Shown piece by piece: positions 18,086-27,260 of a stretch of DNA of 64,000 nt. The translations under genes and the position numbers were made by a program. Below the pieces are notes generated by a model. It did no database searches, was not told the origin of the DNA, and saw nothing but the letters and a program-made list of their open reading frames with translations. This DNA comes from a virus. Location: the IMG/VR virus record IMGVR_UViG_3300022562_000354, positions 1-64,000 of that record; one strand, given 5' to 3'. Each line of letters starts with the position of its first letter. Within the stretch, counting starts at the first letter, position 1.

Positions 18086-18529
18086 TCATGCCTCTTTCGT
18101 AACGAGAAGGATGAGAGCTTGAATGGCGTCGTACTCCGCTCGGAAGGTCAACTCCAGTTCGAGAAGCTCTTGTGCTCGCTCATCCAACGTCTTCGTCGAT
18201 GACGTGTCGTAGACCCCCCACATGAGGAAGTGCTGGAGTCGAAGGCTGACGAACCGTTGCTTCGTCAGCTCGTACTCGAAGCCAGCGAACTCCTCTAGCG
18301 CCTTCGCTGCCACTTCTCTGGCGGCATCGATCTGACGGGAGAGAGCTTCCACCCCCTCGAATTGACGGGCCGCCTTCTTGATCTCCTCCGCTGCGTCCAT
18401 GAAGGTGCTCATCTGGGCCGAGACGGCACCGAGAGCGCCCCCCATGGACATCCCAGCTTGTCTACCGATGGGGACAACGGCCCCCTTCTTCTCCAGACGA
18501 CGTTCTCTTCGCGATGCGCTGCTCGACAC
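18086..18529 (-). CDS. Hypothetical coiled-coil protein
   Basis: GAGG SD, high GC3. Confidence 0.6.
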   Translation of the reverse strand: MSSSASRRERRLEKKGAVVPIGRQAGMSMGGALGAVSAQMSTFMDAAEEIKKAARQFEGVEALSRQIDAAREVAAKALEEFAGFEYELTKQRFVSLRLQHFLMWGVYDTSSTKTLDERAQELLELELTFRAEYDAIQALILLVTKEA

Positions 18530-18537
18530 GGGGACCT

Positions 18538-18870
18538 CTACCTGTTGTTCGTGTTGCCCTTGTAGATCGTATAGAACGGGAGACAGTCGTTCTGGTTGAA
18601 CCGCCTCTGTTGGACGTCATCCTCTTGCTGCGTCCCGAGGAGCGGAACGTCCTTTAGGAGCTGGAGAAGAGGCTCGCACGTCGTAACCCGCTTGAGGTCG
18701 TCTCGTGCTTTGGGGTTACGCTGGATCGTGTAGACGACCTGTGCTTTCGACATGGTGTCGAGCATGCAGACCCCTTCCTCGAACCAACAGTTGTTGGTGG
18801 TGTCCCCATCGCAGAGGGATGGGGGCGGGCAGTCTTCAGGGCACGTGTCGGCATCGTTGGGATCGCTCAT
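18538..18870 (-). CDS. Hypothetical Cys-containing protein
   Basis: AAGGAG SD; coupled ORF. Confidence 0.55.
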   Translation of the reverse strand: MSDPNDADTCPEDCPPPSLCDGDTTNNCWFEEGVCMLDTMSKAQVVYTIQRNPKARDDLKRVTTCEPLLQLLKDVPLLGTQQEDDVQQRRFNQNDCLPFYTIYKGNTNNR

Positions 18871-19136
18871 CGGGTGCTCCTTAGCCAGTCGGTACGAAAG
18901 ACTCGTTGCTGACCTTCCACCAAGATACGACAGTAAAGGATTCCGGCCTTGATACGCCGGTCGTAGTGGGGCTTACCTCCCACCTCCTTCACGAAGTCGC
19001 TCGCCTGCTTCACGAAGTCATCCATAGACGAGGTAGCCACGGCCGTCGAAACCTCGTCGTCCGTCAAGTCGGGCGAGTCCTCGTCGATGTTGATGCCGAG
19101 GTCTTCTGGGACGAGCGCCGGTTGGAGCTTCATCAT
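18867..19136 (-). CDS. Hypothetical protein
   Basis: ATG 19136 overlaps the DUF1848 stop. Confidence 0.55.
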   Translation of the reverse strand: MMKLQPALVPEDLGINIDEDSPDLTDDEVSTAVATSSMDDFVKQASDFVKEVGGKPHYDRRIKAGILYCRILVEGQQRVFRTDWLRSTR

Positions 19137-19975
19137 GGCGCCACCACGGGGAGACGGCGGGTCGTGTTGCGCTTCTTGTCGGCCATCGTCTTGTCCGACG
19201 CATAGCAGTAGGTGCAGCCCATGGTACAGGACTCGTTGATCGTGAACGGGTCCACCATGAGCACGCACCCACACCCCTCCGAAGCCGGGAGGTTCCGCCC
19301 AGCGAGCGCGAAGTCCTCGGGGGGCGCACACACCCCGGACCCCAAGTTGGGATGGTACCCTGGGTACTTGGCGAGGAGCCGGTCCTCGTTGCAAAGGAGT
19401 ACACGCACCCCTCGGTTGGCTCCAAGCTCGGCCGCCTGAGCCATGATGTTGAGCCGGTCCTGCTCCGAACGGGTCTCAGGTACCAAATCGTTCTCTTGGA
19501 GGAACGAAAGGTAGACGCTCTTGAGCCCTGCGTAAGCGGCCATCGCCAGGATCGTGTCAAATCTCCCCACCACATCCGGTACCATCGGGACAGGGGAGAA
19601 ACGCCACGTCACGTTCTCAGGCCCAAAGACGTGAGCCGCCATGGCGAGCTTGTTGGCCCCCTCTCGCAAACTCGGAGCCCCCTTCTCAACCTCTTCCCAG
19701 CCTGTCACGGTCACGTGGACCTTCGTGGGGCGGTCCGCCAGCCGTTCCTTGTCGAAGATCAGGTTGGTCGGGTCTTTCGTCCAGAACACGAGCCCGAGCA
19801 CGTCATCCGGACGCAACGACCATTGGGTAGGGATCCCCGTCGTGGGATCGAACGCGACCATGTAGCCCTGTTTCAACTGAGACAGGAACCAAGGCCACTT
19901 GGCAGCCGGAAGATCCGTCCACCTGGACAGGCTGTAGGGGAATCCGGCTTCTTTACCGCTGCGGATCATGCTCAC
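19133..19975 (-). CDS. DUF1848-family (radical-SAM-like) protein
   Basis: SLSRWTDLPA..WF, VFWTKDP, WRFSP and CGCV..D...SCTMGCTYCYA motifs. Confidence 0.8.
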   Translation of the reverse strand: MSMIRSGKEAGFPYSLSRWTDLPAAKWPWFLSQLKQGYMVAFDPTTGIPTQWSLRPDDVLGLVFWTKDPTNLIFDKERLADRPTKVHVTVTGWEEVEKGAPSLREGANKLAMAAHVFGPENVTWRFSPVPMVPDVVGRFDTILAMAAYAGLKSVYLSFLQENDLVPETRSEQDRLNIMAQAAELGANRGVRVLLCNEDRLLAKYPGYHPNLGSGVCAPPEDFALAGRNLPASEGCGCVLMVDPFTINESCTMGCTYCYASDKTMADKKRNTTRRLPVVAP

Positions 19976-19984
19976 CTTTCAATT

Positions 19985-20024
19985 TACACCGAGACGGAGA
20001 GATTCAAGGGTTGGTGCCGGTGTA
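19985..20024. promoter_or_regulatory. Back-to-back divergent CGGTGTA elements
   Basis: Minus copy at 19985-19991 is 9 nt before GTG 19975; plus copy at 20018-20024 is 9 nt before ATG 20034. Confidence 0.75.
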
Positions 20025-20033
20025 TGCCGGGAC

Positions 20034-20645
20034 ATGATCGACCTGAACAAACTCGCCGAAGTCTCGAACACAATCGCCTGTGAGAAGGGTTGGTGGGACG
20101 GGTCACCCCGTTCCGTCGCCGCTCTGACGCTCCTCATGCAGTCGGAGAACGCCGAAGCCCTGGAGGACTACCGAAACAACAAGGGGCTCAACGAAGTCTG
20201 GTACGAGGTCAAGTACGTGACGCCGAGTGAGGGTGCGGCCAAGAAGACGATGACCAAGGGGGACCTCGATGCTCTTCGGGCCGACCCCGTCATCACGGTG
20301 GCCGACGCGAAGCCTTGCGGAATCCCGATCGAGATCGCAGATACGCTCATCAGAGTAGCAGATTACGCGGCTCATCGGAGCCTGGACCTCAACGCTGAGC
20401 ACAAGAAGCTCCCGGTTGGACGCTCGGGCCAGGACTTCGAGGAAGCCTTGGCGGAGTCCAACTACTGGATTGCCCTCGCCTGGAAGCACCAGAAAGATGG
20501 GCCGATCGCGGAGTACATGACGAAGGCAGCCGACTGCCTGATCCTCATGTGCCAGAACAAGGGGATCGACATCGAAGGTGCGATCGAGGAGAAGACTGCT
20601 TTCAACCGCACTCGCCCCCGCCGTCACGGGGGGAAAAAAATCTGA
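20034..20645 (+). CDS. MazG-like nucleotide pyrophosphohydrolase
   Basis: LMQSENAEALE, GIPIEIADTLIR and DIEGAIEEKTAFNRTRPRRHGGK motifs; ATG 20034 is 9 nt after CGGTGTA. Confidence 0.75.
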   Translation: MIDLNKLAEVSNTIACEKGWWDGSPRSVAALTLLMQSENAEALEDYRNNKGLNEVWYEVKYVTPSEGAAKKTMTKGDLDALRADPVITVADAKPCGIPIEIADTLIRVADYAAHRSLDLNAEHKKLPVGRSGQDFEEALAESNYWIALAWKHQKDGPIAEYMTKAADCLILMCQNKGIDIEGAIEEKTAFNRTRPRRHGGKKI

Positions 20646-20647
20646 CC

Positions 20648-21310
20648 ATGGTTGAGGAGACGCCAGACTGGCGGGCGATAGCCAAGGACCGTACCCACGT
20701 CATCGGGGCTGACGAATGCGGATGGGGTTCGTGGGCGGGTCCGCTTGTTGTATGCGCCGCCGCCGTCCCTCACCCCTGGACCCCGCCTCGCGGGATGACC
20801 GACTCCAAGAAGCTCTCCAAAAAGGAGCATGAACGACTCTACTACCTGCTCGAAGGCGTGGTCCCATTCGAGATCGCCATGGCGAGCGCCAAAGAGATCG
20901 ACACGGACGGCCCTGGACCGTGCTTGAAGCGTTGCTTCCACAAGGCGGTGACGACCCTTCTCGTCAAGTTCCCTAGTGCGCTGGTCATCCTCGATGGGGA
21001 GGTCAACATCCGGCCGATGGGGGTCGACCATCTGAACTTCCCTCGTGCCGATGGGGAGGTGCCCGCCGTGTCCGTTGCCAGCGTCCTCGGCAAGTTCACC
21101 CACGACCGATTCATGTTGGGGCTCGCCAAGGAATACCCTGGTTATAATTTCGCCAAGAACGTAGGGTATCGGTCGGAGGAGCATGAGGCAGGTCTCAGGA
21201 AGAAGGGTTTGTGCCCAGAGCATCGACGTAGCTACGTGCCCTTGGACAAGCGCCGAACCGCAGAAGAGATCGCCCAAGCCGATGATGAAGGGATGGTAGT
21301 GGACGAATGA
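20648..21310 (+). CDS. rnhB: Ribonuclease HII
   Basis: GADECGWGSWAGPLVV, DSKKLS, ILDG, ADG..AVSVASVLGK, NVGY and HRRSY motifs. Confidence 0.9.
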   Translation: MVEETPDWRAIAKDRTHVIGADECGWGSWAGPLVVCAAAVPHPWTPPRGMTDSKKLSKKEHERLYYLLEGVVPFEIAMASAKEIDTDGPGPCLKRCFHKAVTTLLVKFPSALVILDGEVNIRPMGVDHLNFPRADGEVPAVSVASVLGKFTHDRFMLGLAKEYPGYNFAKNVGYRSEEHEAGLRKKGLCPEHRRSYVPLDKRRTAEEIAQADDEGMVVDE

Positions 21311-22125
21311 GCACGCTGACCCAATACCAAGCGTTCCTGGCAACGAACACGGCCGCTGCGACCGCCTACAAAGAGGTGATCGCGAAGCTGGAAGCGATGC
21401 GTGTTACCACGAGGGACAACCAAGGCGTCGCCACGACGTACATGCCCACATACGCCCTTCACGGCGGGGCCATCCGAGACATCACGGTGAGCGGAGCGGC
21501 GGCCGATCCGCGCAACTTCAACATCACGGTGGATGTGCGTTTGCTCCAGCTCCGAGAGGTTGTCCGAACCTTCCCCGACGCTGAGAGCCTACCCAACGGG
21601 TTGGTGTTCACCCACGGGGGCAAAGACTTCGTTGTCAACGCCCTCCGTCACGCCCCGGAATTCCGTAGGAACCTCAACCCCAAGACGTTCACGACCCTCA
21701 TGGACTCGGTCTTCTTGTCCCTGGAGGCGCTAGCCGTTACGGCACGAGCAGGGGGTCAAGGCGAAGACCCCATCGTCTACGAGGTCATCGACCAAGGGTA
21801 CTCTCAGTCGATCAGCTCCAACACAATCGAGATCAAGAACCCTAGATTGGGGGATCCGACGATTCAACTCGTACGGCTCGCTGAGTACGCAAAGAAGTAC
21901 CCATCCTTGAGCTTTGGAGAGAGTGTCGAGGACTTCGTGGCTGAATACGACTGGGAGGCCAGCAAGGACGAACGATTGTTGAAGGCCCAAGAGATTTACT
22001 ACAGAGGGTCATCCACAGCTTCGCCGGCTGAGGTACGAGCTACCTTGGACAACGCCATCATCGCCTCCCATGGGCGAAAGGCGCCGCCGCCCAGACACAA
22101 GCCGAACACCCCAGGCTCTCCCTGA
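21307..22125 (+). CDS. Degenerate CCA/poly(A) polymerase-like nucleotidyltransferase
   Basis: LHGGAIRD motif, but the expected DxD reads PRNFNI. Confidence 0.5.
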   Translation: MSTLTQYQAFLATNTAAATAYKEVIAKLEAMRVTTRDNQGVATTYMPTYALHGGAIRDITVSGAAADPRNFNITVDVRLLQLREVVRTFPDAESLPNGLVFTHGGKDFVVNALRHAPEFRRNLNPKTFTTLMDSVFLSLEALAVTARAGGQGEDPIVYEVIDQGYSQSISSNTIEIKNPRLGDPTIQLVRLAEYAKKYPSLSFGESVEDFVAEYDWEASKDERLLKAQEIYYRGSSTASPAEVRATLDNAIIASHGRKAPPPRHKPNTPGSP

Positions 22126-22392
22126 TCACTCCTTCGTGATGTAGTCGAGGGCGTCGTCGGCGTTCTTCACGAACTCGGCGAAGTTGGAGTGCAGCTCCCC
22201 GAGCTGCTCAACGATCCACTCCATCGAGCGTTCCGTTTGGAGTCGTCGGGCGAACTGGACGGCCCGGTGCATGTTGGCTTCCGCCGCCTGCATCTCCTCC
22301 AGCATGGCCTTGGCATTCCTGGCGACGTTTGGCTCCACGGGTCCTCGGGCAATCTTGTAGCGGGCAACGACGCGGTTGACGAGGGGATCCAT
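22126..22392 (-). CDS. Tagged small helical protein
   Basis: Begins MDPLVNRVVARYKIA. Confidence 0.7.
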   Translation of the reverse strand: MDPLVNRVVARYKIARGPVEPNVARNAKAMLEEMQAAEANMHRAVQFARRLQTERSMEWIVEQLGELHSNFAEFVKNADDALDYITKE

Positions 22393-22396
22393 AGGG

Positions 22397-22936
22397 TCAC
22401 CAATCCAGCTTCTTGTAGTCACTCAGCTCCCCACCACCTTCCATGGTTCGGCGAATGGCGATGAGCTTGTCTTCAGCGTCGTCCACGACGTCCCGACGCT
22501 TGATCTCCTTACGTAGATTCTCGACGATGGCCTTGGCCTTCTTCCCCGTGAGCTTGAGGTACTCGTCCTTGTCCGCGTAGGGGTTCCGCTTCAAGAGAAA
22601 GGCGTTCACCTTCTCAGGAACTTCGACCTCATCCCCAGACCCCCGGACGGCCTTCTCCAACTCGTCCGCCATCTTGGCGAGGGCTTTGCGGTCCCCGTAC
22701 GCAACCTCTTCCTGCTTGTGGGCGTGGAGGTAACCGATCGCGTGTTGGATGACCCCAAGGTCGTTCTTGGGTTTGAAAGCTGGCTTGCGGCCCCCCTTGA
22801 CCTGCATATCATCAAACACGGCTTTCACGTCATTCGGAACCGTGACGAGCTTCTTCGGCTTCTCCTTCGCCTCGACGAAACGAGCCACGACGTTACGGAC
22901 GATGAGAGTATCTTGGAAGTCTCGTAGTGGATCCAT
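22397..22936 (-). CDS. Tagged hypothetical protein
   Basis: Begins MDPLRDFQDTLIVRNVVARFVEA. Confidence 0.7.
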   Translation of the reverse strand: MDPLRDFQDTLIVRNVVARFVEAKEKPKKLVTVPNDVKAVFDDMQVKGGRKPAFKPKNDLGVIQHAIGYLHAHKQEEVAYGDRKALAKMADELEKAVRGSGDEVEVPEKVNAFLLKRNPYADKDEYLKLTGKKAKAIVENLRKEIKRRDVVDDAEDKLIAIRRTMEGGGELSDYKKLDW

Positions 22937-22937
22937 C

Positions 22938-23594
22938 TCAGTGCCTCCAGCTCTCATCGAGCTTCGTACCAGGGTCCTTGAGAACCTTGTCGAAGTCCTT
23001 GATCACCGCATCAAGTTGCTGAGCGTAGGCGTACGTGTTGGGAAGCTGCCGCATCTTCACGTTAACAGGGACGTTGTCCCCATCCGTCTCACGATGAGAA
23101 ATCACGTTCCCGTTCCACTGACGGACGCACCTTGAAAGCCAGTCTGAGGCGTCCTCCCCACCGTACTCCCGCAAGAGCTTCTCCCCAGCCTTCGACGCCG
23201 CCATTCCATTCTCGAACAGCTTGCCGTAGGCCCGGTCGAACTTCTTGGCCGCTGACTCGTCCGCGTTCTCGACCTTGCGACGGAGAGTCTCCATCTCACC
23301 AAGGAGCTTCTTGTTCTCGGCGTACCGTTTCTCCGCCTTCTTGGCTTCCGCCTTCGCCGTGTACTCCTGCATGACGCGGGCGACGACGTTGCGGATGATG
23401 ATGGCGTCTTGGAACTCGCGAAGGGCGGCCGACTTGCCCTTGAGGTACTCCCCCGCAGGCTTGTGACAGTGCTCCGAGCCGGGGTTCTTGTGCTTACAAT
23501 AGATGCTCCAGGCAGTTGCCCACGCCTGTTCGTCCGTGTAAGACGGGTTCTTTTCCTTCACGGACTTGAAATACTTGTCGACGGGGCTCGGCAT
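22938..23594 (-). CDS. Tagged protein with ChaB-like N-terminus
   Basis: EQAWATAWSIY helix followed by KSAALREFQDAIIIRNVVARV. Confidence 0.65.
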   Translation of the reverse strand: MPSPVDKYFKSVKEKNPSYTDEQAWATAWSIYCKHKNPGSEHCHKPAGEYLKGKSAALREFQDAIIIRNVVARVMQEYTAKAEAKKAEKRYAENKKLLGEMETLRRKVENADESAAKKFDRAYGKLFENGMAASKAGEKLLREYGGEDASDWLSRCVRQWNGNVISHRETDGDNVPVNVKMRQLPNTYAYAQQLDAVIKDFDKVLKDPGTKLDESWRH

Positions 23595-23598
23595 CGGC

Positions 23599-25650
23599 TC
23601 AACCCTTCATCTGCGCAGAGGCGGCAGCAAGAGCATCACGCGCCTTCGGGGGGAGCCCGGTGAACTTCTCGGACATCCACTGAAGGATCTTCTTCCCGTC
23701 CTTGGAACGGGTGAGGTTCTTGGACTTGCCGCCGTAGACGTACCGCCCAAAGACCTTCTCGTAGAGCCCACGCACCTTCATGAAGGTCGTGAAGTCCGCT
23801 TCGTTCAGGTCGAATTCCTTGGCGTTGATGATGAGCGTGAGCTGGTAGCGGGTGCTTTCCCAGTCGTGGGTCGGGTGCTTGAAGAAGCCGGGCTTCTCCC
23901 CTTCCGAGAAGCGGTCTTCCGTCGTCTTGATCTCGACGACCTGCTTGCGGGTGGCGACCGCCTCGTCGTCCTCATCCACCTCTTCGGCGTTGACGAGCCA
24001 GTGCTTGATCGACATCGCCGACCCGAACTGCACCGTGTCCTTACGCGTGGGGTGCCAGCCCTTCCCCTTGAGGTCGAAAACCTTGGAGTTGAACTTGGCG
24101 TCGCTCCCGCAAGCCTTGAGAGCCTTGACCACGTTGCCGTAGAGCCAAGCCGGGGTCTTGCCCTCGTCCCCAGAGATCGGGAACTCCCTCGACGCTACGA
24201 ACCACGTGTCGTCGTTTGCTCGACCACCGATGTAGTGCTCTTGGTAGACCTTGTGGCCCATGCCGAGGAAGACGTGCTTCGTCCCCGTACGGCCATACGC
24301 CACCTTGGCCGTGTTGGAGCGGGTGAACTCGTCCGAGTTGTACCCAGTCCCTCGCTGCATGTCCGTGATGAACAACCACTCGACGCCAGAGGGGACGCCA
24401 GCCGTCCCGTAGGCATCTTCAAAGGTGACAACCTTCGGCTTTGGGGGTTCGTAGCGAGTCCGAGGTGGCGAGTAGGACGAACCTCCGCCGCCGTAGGACG
24501 GAGCAGCGGGAGTCTTGCCGTCCAAGACATCCTTCGCCGCGTTCGCTTGGGCCATCTCCTCCGTTGTGTCACGGTCCCGGTTCAGGTCCGGGTGCAGCTC
24601 CATGACCTTCTTCTTGTGAGCAGCCTTGATCTCTTCCGGAGAGGCACCCGGCCGGACACCAAGGATCTTCTCAGCCTCCGGGATCGACATCCGAGCCCGC
24701 TTGAACCGGGCCACGACGTTACGGATGACACGGGCGTCCGCCGCCTTCTTGTTCTTACCCACTGGCTTCTCCTCGTCACCACCCATCTCAAGCGCTGCCT
24801 TGAGATCGTCGTCCTTGAGGTTCTTGATCTCTTTGGCCACCGCCGCTGCGATGAGATTGGCGAAGACCTTGTCCGGGTTGCCCTTGTCCTCGGCGGAGAG
24901 CTTCTCCATGACGTGAGCGATGCCGTGGCCGACGTGCCCCAGTTCCTCCAACACGTGCATGTGACCGAGAGCGTTCGAGACGGCTTTCATGGCCACGTGC
25001 TTGACCATGTTCTTGCCAAAGAGGCCGGCTGCGGCGAGAGGCCCCGTTGAGGTGAGGGCCGCCGCTGCGATGCCGATCGCCATGTGCGTGGCAACCGTCC
25101 TGACAGCCTTCTTCTGATGCTTGGTCATCTTTTTGCCGCTCAACACGGCCTTGATGCCCGCCCCAGCTTCCTTGTACTCGTGGACCTCTTCCTTGACCGT
25201 CTTGATGGCGTTCTTGACGATCTTCTCGGGAGCGTTCACCAACGAGTCGTGCGCCGACATGATCGTCTTGCGGCGGAAGGCGTCGTCGGAGACGAACTTC
25301 TTGACCTGCTTGGGAGCCGACTTCAGGAAGCCCGTGGCCTTGTCGCTCAGGCCCTTGAGGCGGTCCTTCCAGCTCTTCTTGGGCTTCTCCTCGTGATCAT
25401 CGTGACCCTCATCGTGGTCGTCCTCCCCTTTGTCCTTGGGAGGGGCCTTCTCAGGCTTCTCTTTCGGCTCAGGCTTCGGCTTGGGCTCCTTAGCCGGAGG
25501 CGCCTTCTGCTCCGTCTTCTTGACGGTGTGCTTGGACTTGTCCGCGTCTGGGTGCTTGCGGAGGTAGTCCTGAAGGGCCTCGGGGGTGTTGAACTCCCGA
25601 GCCTGCACCTGAAACCGAGCAACGACCTGGCGGATGAGGATGTCTTCCAT
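23599..25650 (-). CDS. Tagged multidomain protein: H/K-rich module, hydrophobic hairpin, second tag, DnaJ J-domain and C-terminal domain
   Basis: Tags MEDILIRQVVARF and KKAADARVIRNVVARFKRA; J-domain AEKILGV..ASPEEIKAAHKKKVMELHPDLN...MAQANAAKDVL. Confidence 0.75.
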   Translation of the reverse strand: MEDILIRQVVARFQVQAREFNTPEALQDYLRKHPDADKSKHTVKKTEQKAPPAKEPKPKPEPKEKPEKAPPKDKGEDDHDEGHDDHEEKPKKSWKDRLKGLSDKATGFLKSAPKQVKKFVSDDAFRRKTIMSAHDSLVNAPEKIVKNAIKTVKEEVHEYKEAGAGIKAVLSGKKMTKHQKKAVRTVATHMAIGIAAAALTSTGPLAAAGLFGKNMVKHVAMKAVSNALGHMHVLEELGHVGHGIAHVMEKLSAEDKGNPDKVFANLIAAAVAKEIKNLKDDDLKAALEMGGDEEKPVGKNKKAADARVIRNVVARFKRARMSIPEAEKILGVRPGASPEEIKAAHKKKVMELHPDLNRDRDTTEEMAQANAAKDVLDGKTPAAPSYGGGGSSYSPPRTRYEPPKPKVVTFEDAYGTAGVPSGVEWLFITDMQRGTGYNSDEFTRSNTAKVAYGRTGTKHVFLGMGHKVYQEHYIGGRANDDTWFVASREFPISGDEGKTPAWLYGNVVKALKACGSDAKFNSKVFDLKGKGWHPTRKDTVQFGSAMSIKHWLVNAEEVDEDDEAVATRKQVVEIKTTEDRFSEGEKPGFFKHPTHDWESTRYQLTLIINAKEFDLNEADFTTFMKVRGLYEKVFGRYVYGGKSKNLTRSKDGKKILQWMSEKFTGLPPKARDALAAASAQMKG

Positions 25651-25652
25651 GA

Positions 25653-25895
25653 TCAGTCCTCGGAGCGGTCGTAGTCGTAGCCGGCCTTCTTGTCCTTCTT
25701 CTCTGTCTTCTTGTCCTTTGGAGCTGACCAGCCCTTCATGTAGTCCTCCCAGGGCTTGATCATCTGGTCCTTCTTGCGGCGGATCTCGTCGAGCTTGTCC
25801 GGGTCCTTCGAGGCGGCATTCAACCCCTCCTCAAAGAGCTTGCGGATTCGGTCCAGCTCTTTCTTGTCCTTCGGCGGCATCTTGTTGTCGGCCAT
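25653..25895 (-). CDS. Small K/D-rich protein ending KKAGYDYDRSED
   Basis: GGAG SD; sits directly after the zeta-like gene. Confidence 0.65.
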   Translation of the reverse strand: MADNKMPPKDKKELDRIRKLFEEGLNAASKDPDKLDEIRRKKDQMIKPWEDYMKGWSAPKDKKTEKKDKKAGYDYDRSED

Positions 25896-25897
25896 GA

Positions 25898-27232
25898 TTA
25901 GTTGCTCTCCGATTCGCCGCTCTTCCAGGCCCGGCGTCCGATGGTAGCTCCCTTGTAGATGTAGTCGGGAAGTTCGTCCTTCTTCTCGTCGATGTACTTG
26001 GAGGCGTGCTGGTAGATGTCGTCCGCGTCGAGCTTCAACGCATCGTCAGGCATCTTGTCACCGATCTTGGCCGGCTTGCCTCGCCCCTGGAACTCCCCGA
26101 AGACGAAGTTGGCGTCGTCCTTGTGCTTCTCGTAGAAGTCGTTGAAGTTCTTGGCTCCTTGAGCATAGGAGTCCGCGAACAACTGGGCGTCGACCATACG
26201 ACCGATGCCCTTTGCTCGCTCAACAACCCCCGGCCACGACTGCTTTGGGTCGGCGTGAACAAAGAGGAACGTGGGGCGGATACCGCGCTTTTTGCATTCC
26301 TCCAAGAGCCACTCGTTCTCCGTGGCGTTCTGCTCCCCAGCGGCGTCCCACGTGGCTGCGGCACTCTTCGCAAGGTCTGGCTGAGCTGCGAGCGCGGAGC
26401 CCTTGCCGGCTGCCACACCACCAGAGGTCACGAGGATCTTCCGCTTGTCCTCGGGCATCTTCGCGATCTCATCCAGGCGGCTTACGAAGGCTCGCTTGGC
26501 GATGGCGTTGGCCGCTTGGTGAAGCACGGCGTTGTACTTGCCCCGGAACTCAGCTCGCTCCGGGTTGATGGGCTCCCCCTTGGCTTCCTTCGGAAGATCC
26601 GGCCGGGACCACTCGGGGAGAAGGTTTTTGGCAGCGTCGGTCTCAAAGACCCAGTCGTTCTTCTCCGCTGCCTCGGAGAACGCCTTGGCGGCCCCATCAG
26701 GGTTTTTCTCGAAGCTCTCGTTCATACGAGCTTCGTACTTCCGCTCGTCCTCGCTCAAGTTCTGGAGCTTGGGGAGCTTCTTAGGGGGCGGGGGGACCTC
26801 CTTACCGGAGACGCCCACGCGAGCCGCTTCCTTCGGCTTCGCCATAGGCTTCGAGGTCGGGACGTGCTTCGGACCCTTGGACTTGGAGCCGCCCTCGTCC
26901 TCCTTGCTACCCTTCTCTTCGTCCTTCTTCTTGACCGTGTGGTTACCAGGATCCGCCTGGGGGTGGTCATGAAGGTACTTCTTGCGAGCCTCGGGGGTCG
27001 CGTGCTCCATCGCTTGACGGAAGCTGGCGACGATGTTGTGGACGAGAATGGCGTCTTGAAATTCGCGAAGGGCGGCGGTCTTTGTGCCCTGCTTCTTCTT
27101 GACGTGGTGGTTCTTGGGGTCGGCATCCGGGAGGCCATGAAGGTATGTCTTCCTGGCCTCCGGGGTCGCGTGCTCCATCGCCCTTCGGTGGACAGCGGCG
27201 ACGACGTTGCGGACGAGGCGAAGGTCTTCCAT
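25898..27232 (-). CDS. Tagged zeta-toxin-like P-loop kinase
   Basis: Two tag + MEHATPEARK.YLH..P.ADP.NH.VKKK repeats, then ILVTSGGVAAGKGS, WDAAG and FLFVHADP..S...VERA...GRMV. Confidence 0.65.
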   Translation of the reverse strand: MEDLRLVRNVVAAVHRRAMEHATPEARKTYLHGLPDADPKNHHVKKKQGTKTAALREFQDAILVHNIVASFRQAMEHATPEARKKYLHDHPQADPGNHTVKKKDEEKGSKEDEGGSKSKGPKHVPTSKPMAKPKEAARVGVSGKEVPPPPKKLPKLQNLSEDERKYEARMNESFEKNPDGAAKAFSEAAEKNDWVFETDAAKNLLPEWSRPDLPKEAKGEPINPERAEFRGKYNAVLHQAANAIAKRAFVSRLDEIAKMPEDKRKILVTSGGVAAGKGSALAAQPDLAKSAAATWDAAGEQNATENEWLLEECKKRGIRPTFLFVHADPKQSWPGVVERAKGIGRMVDAQLFADSYAQGAKNFNDFYEKHKDDANFVFGEFQGRGKPAKIGDKMPDDALKLDADDIYQHASKYIDEKKDELPDYIYKGATIGRRAWKSGESESN

Positions 27233-27260
27233 TAGGCAGCTCTCTCTGCGTAGAGCCGCC

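Noticed and set aside
26930-27200. Direct DNA repeats (GCCTC.GGGGTCGCGTGCTCCATCGC) as possible CRISPR or DGR repeats
   Set aside because: Only two in-frame copies encoding a duplicated protein module; no spacers, cas genes or reverse transcriptase.
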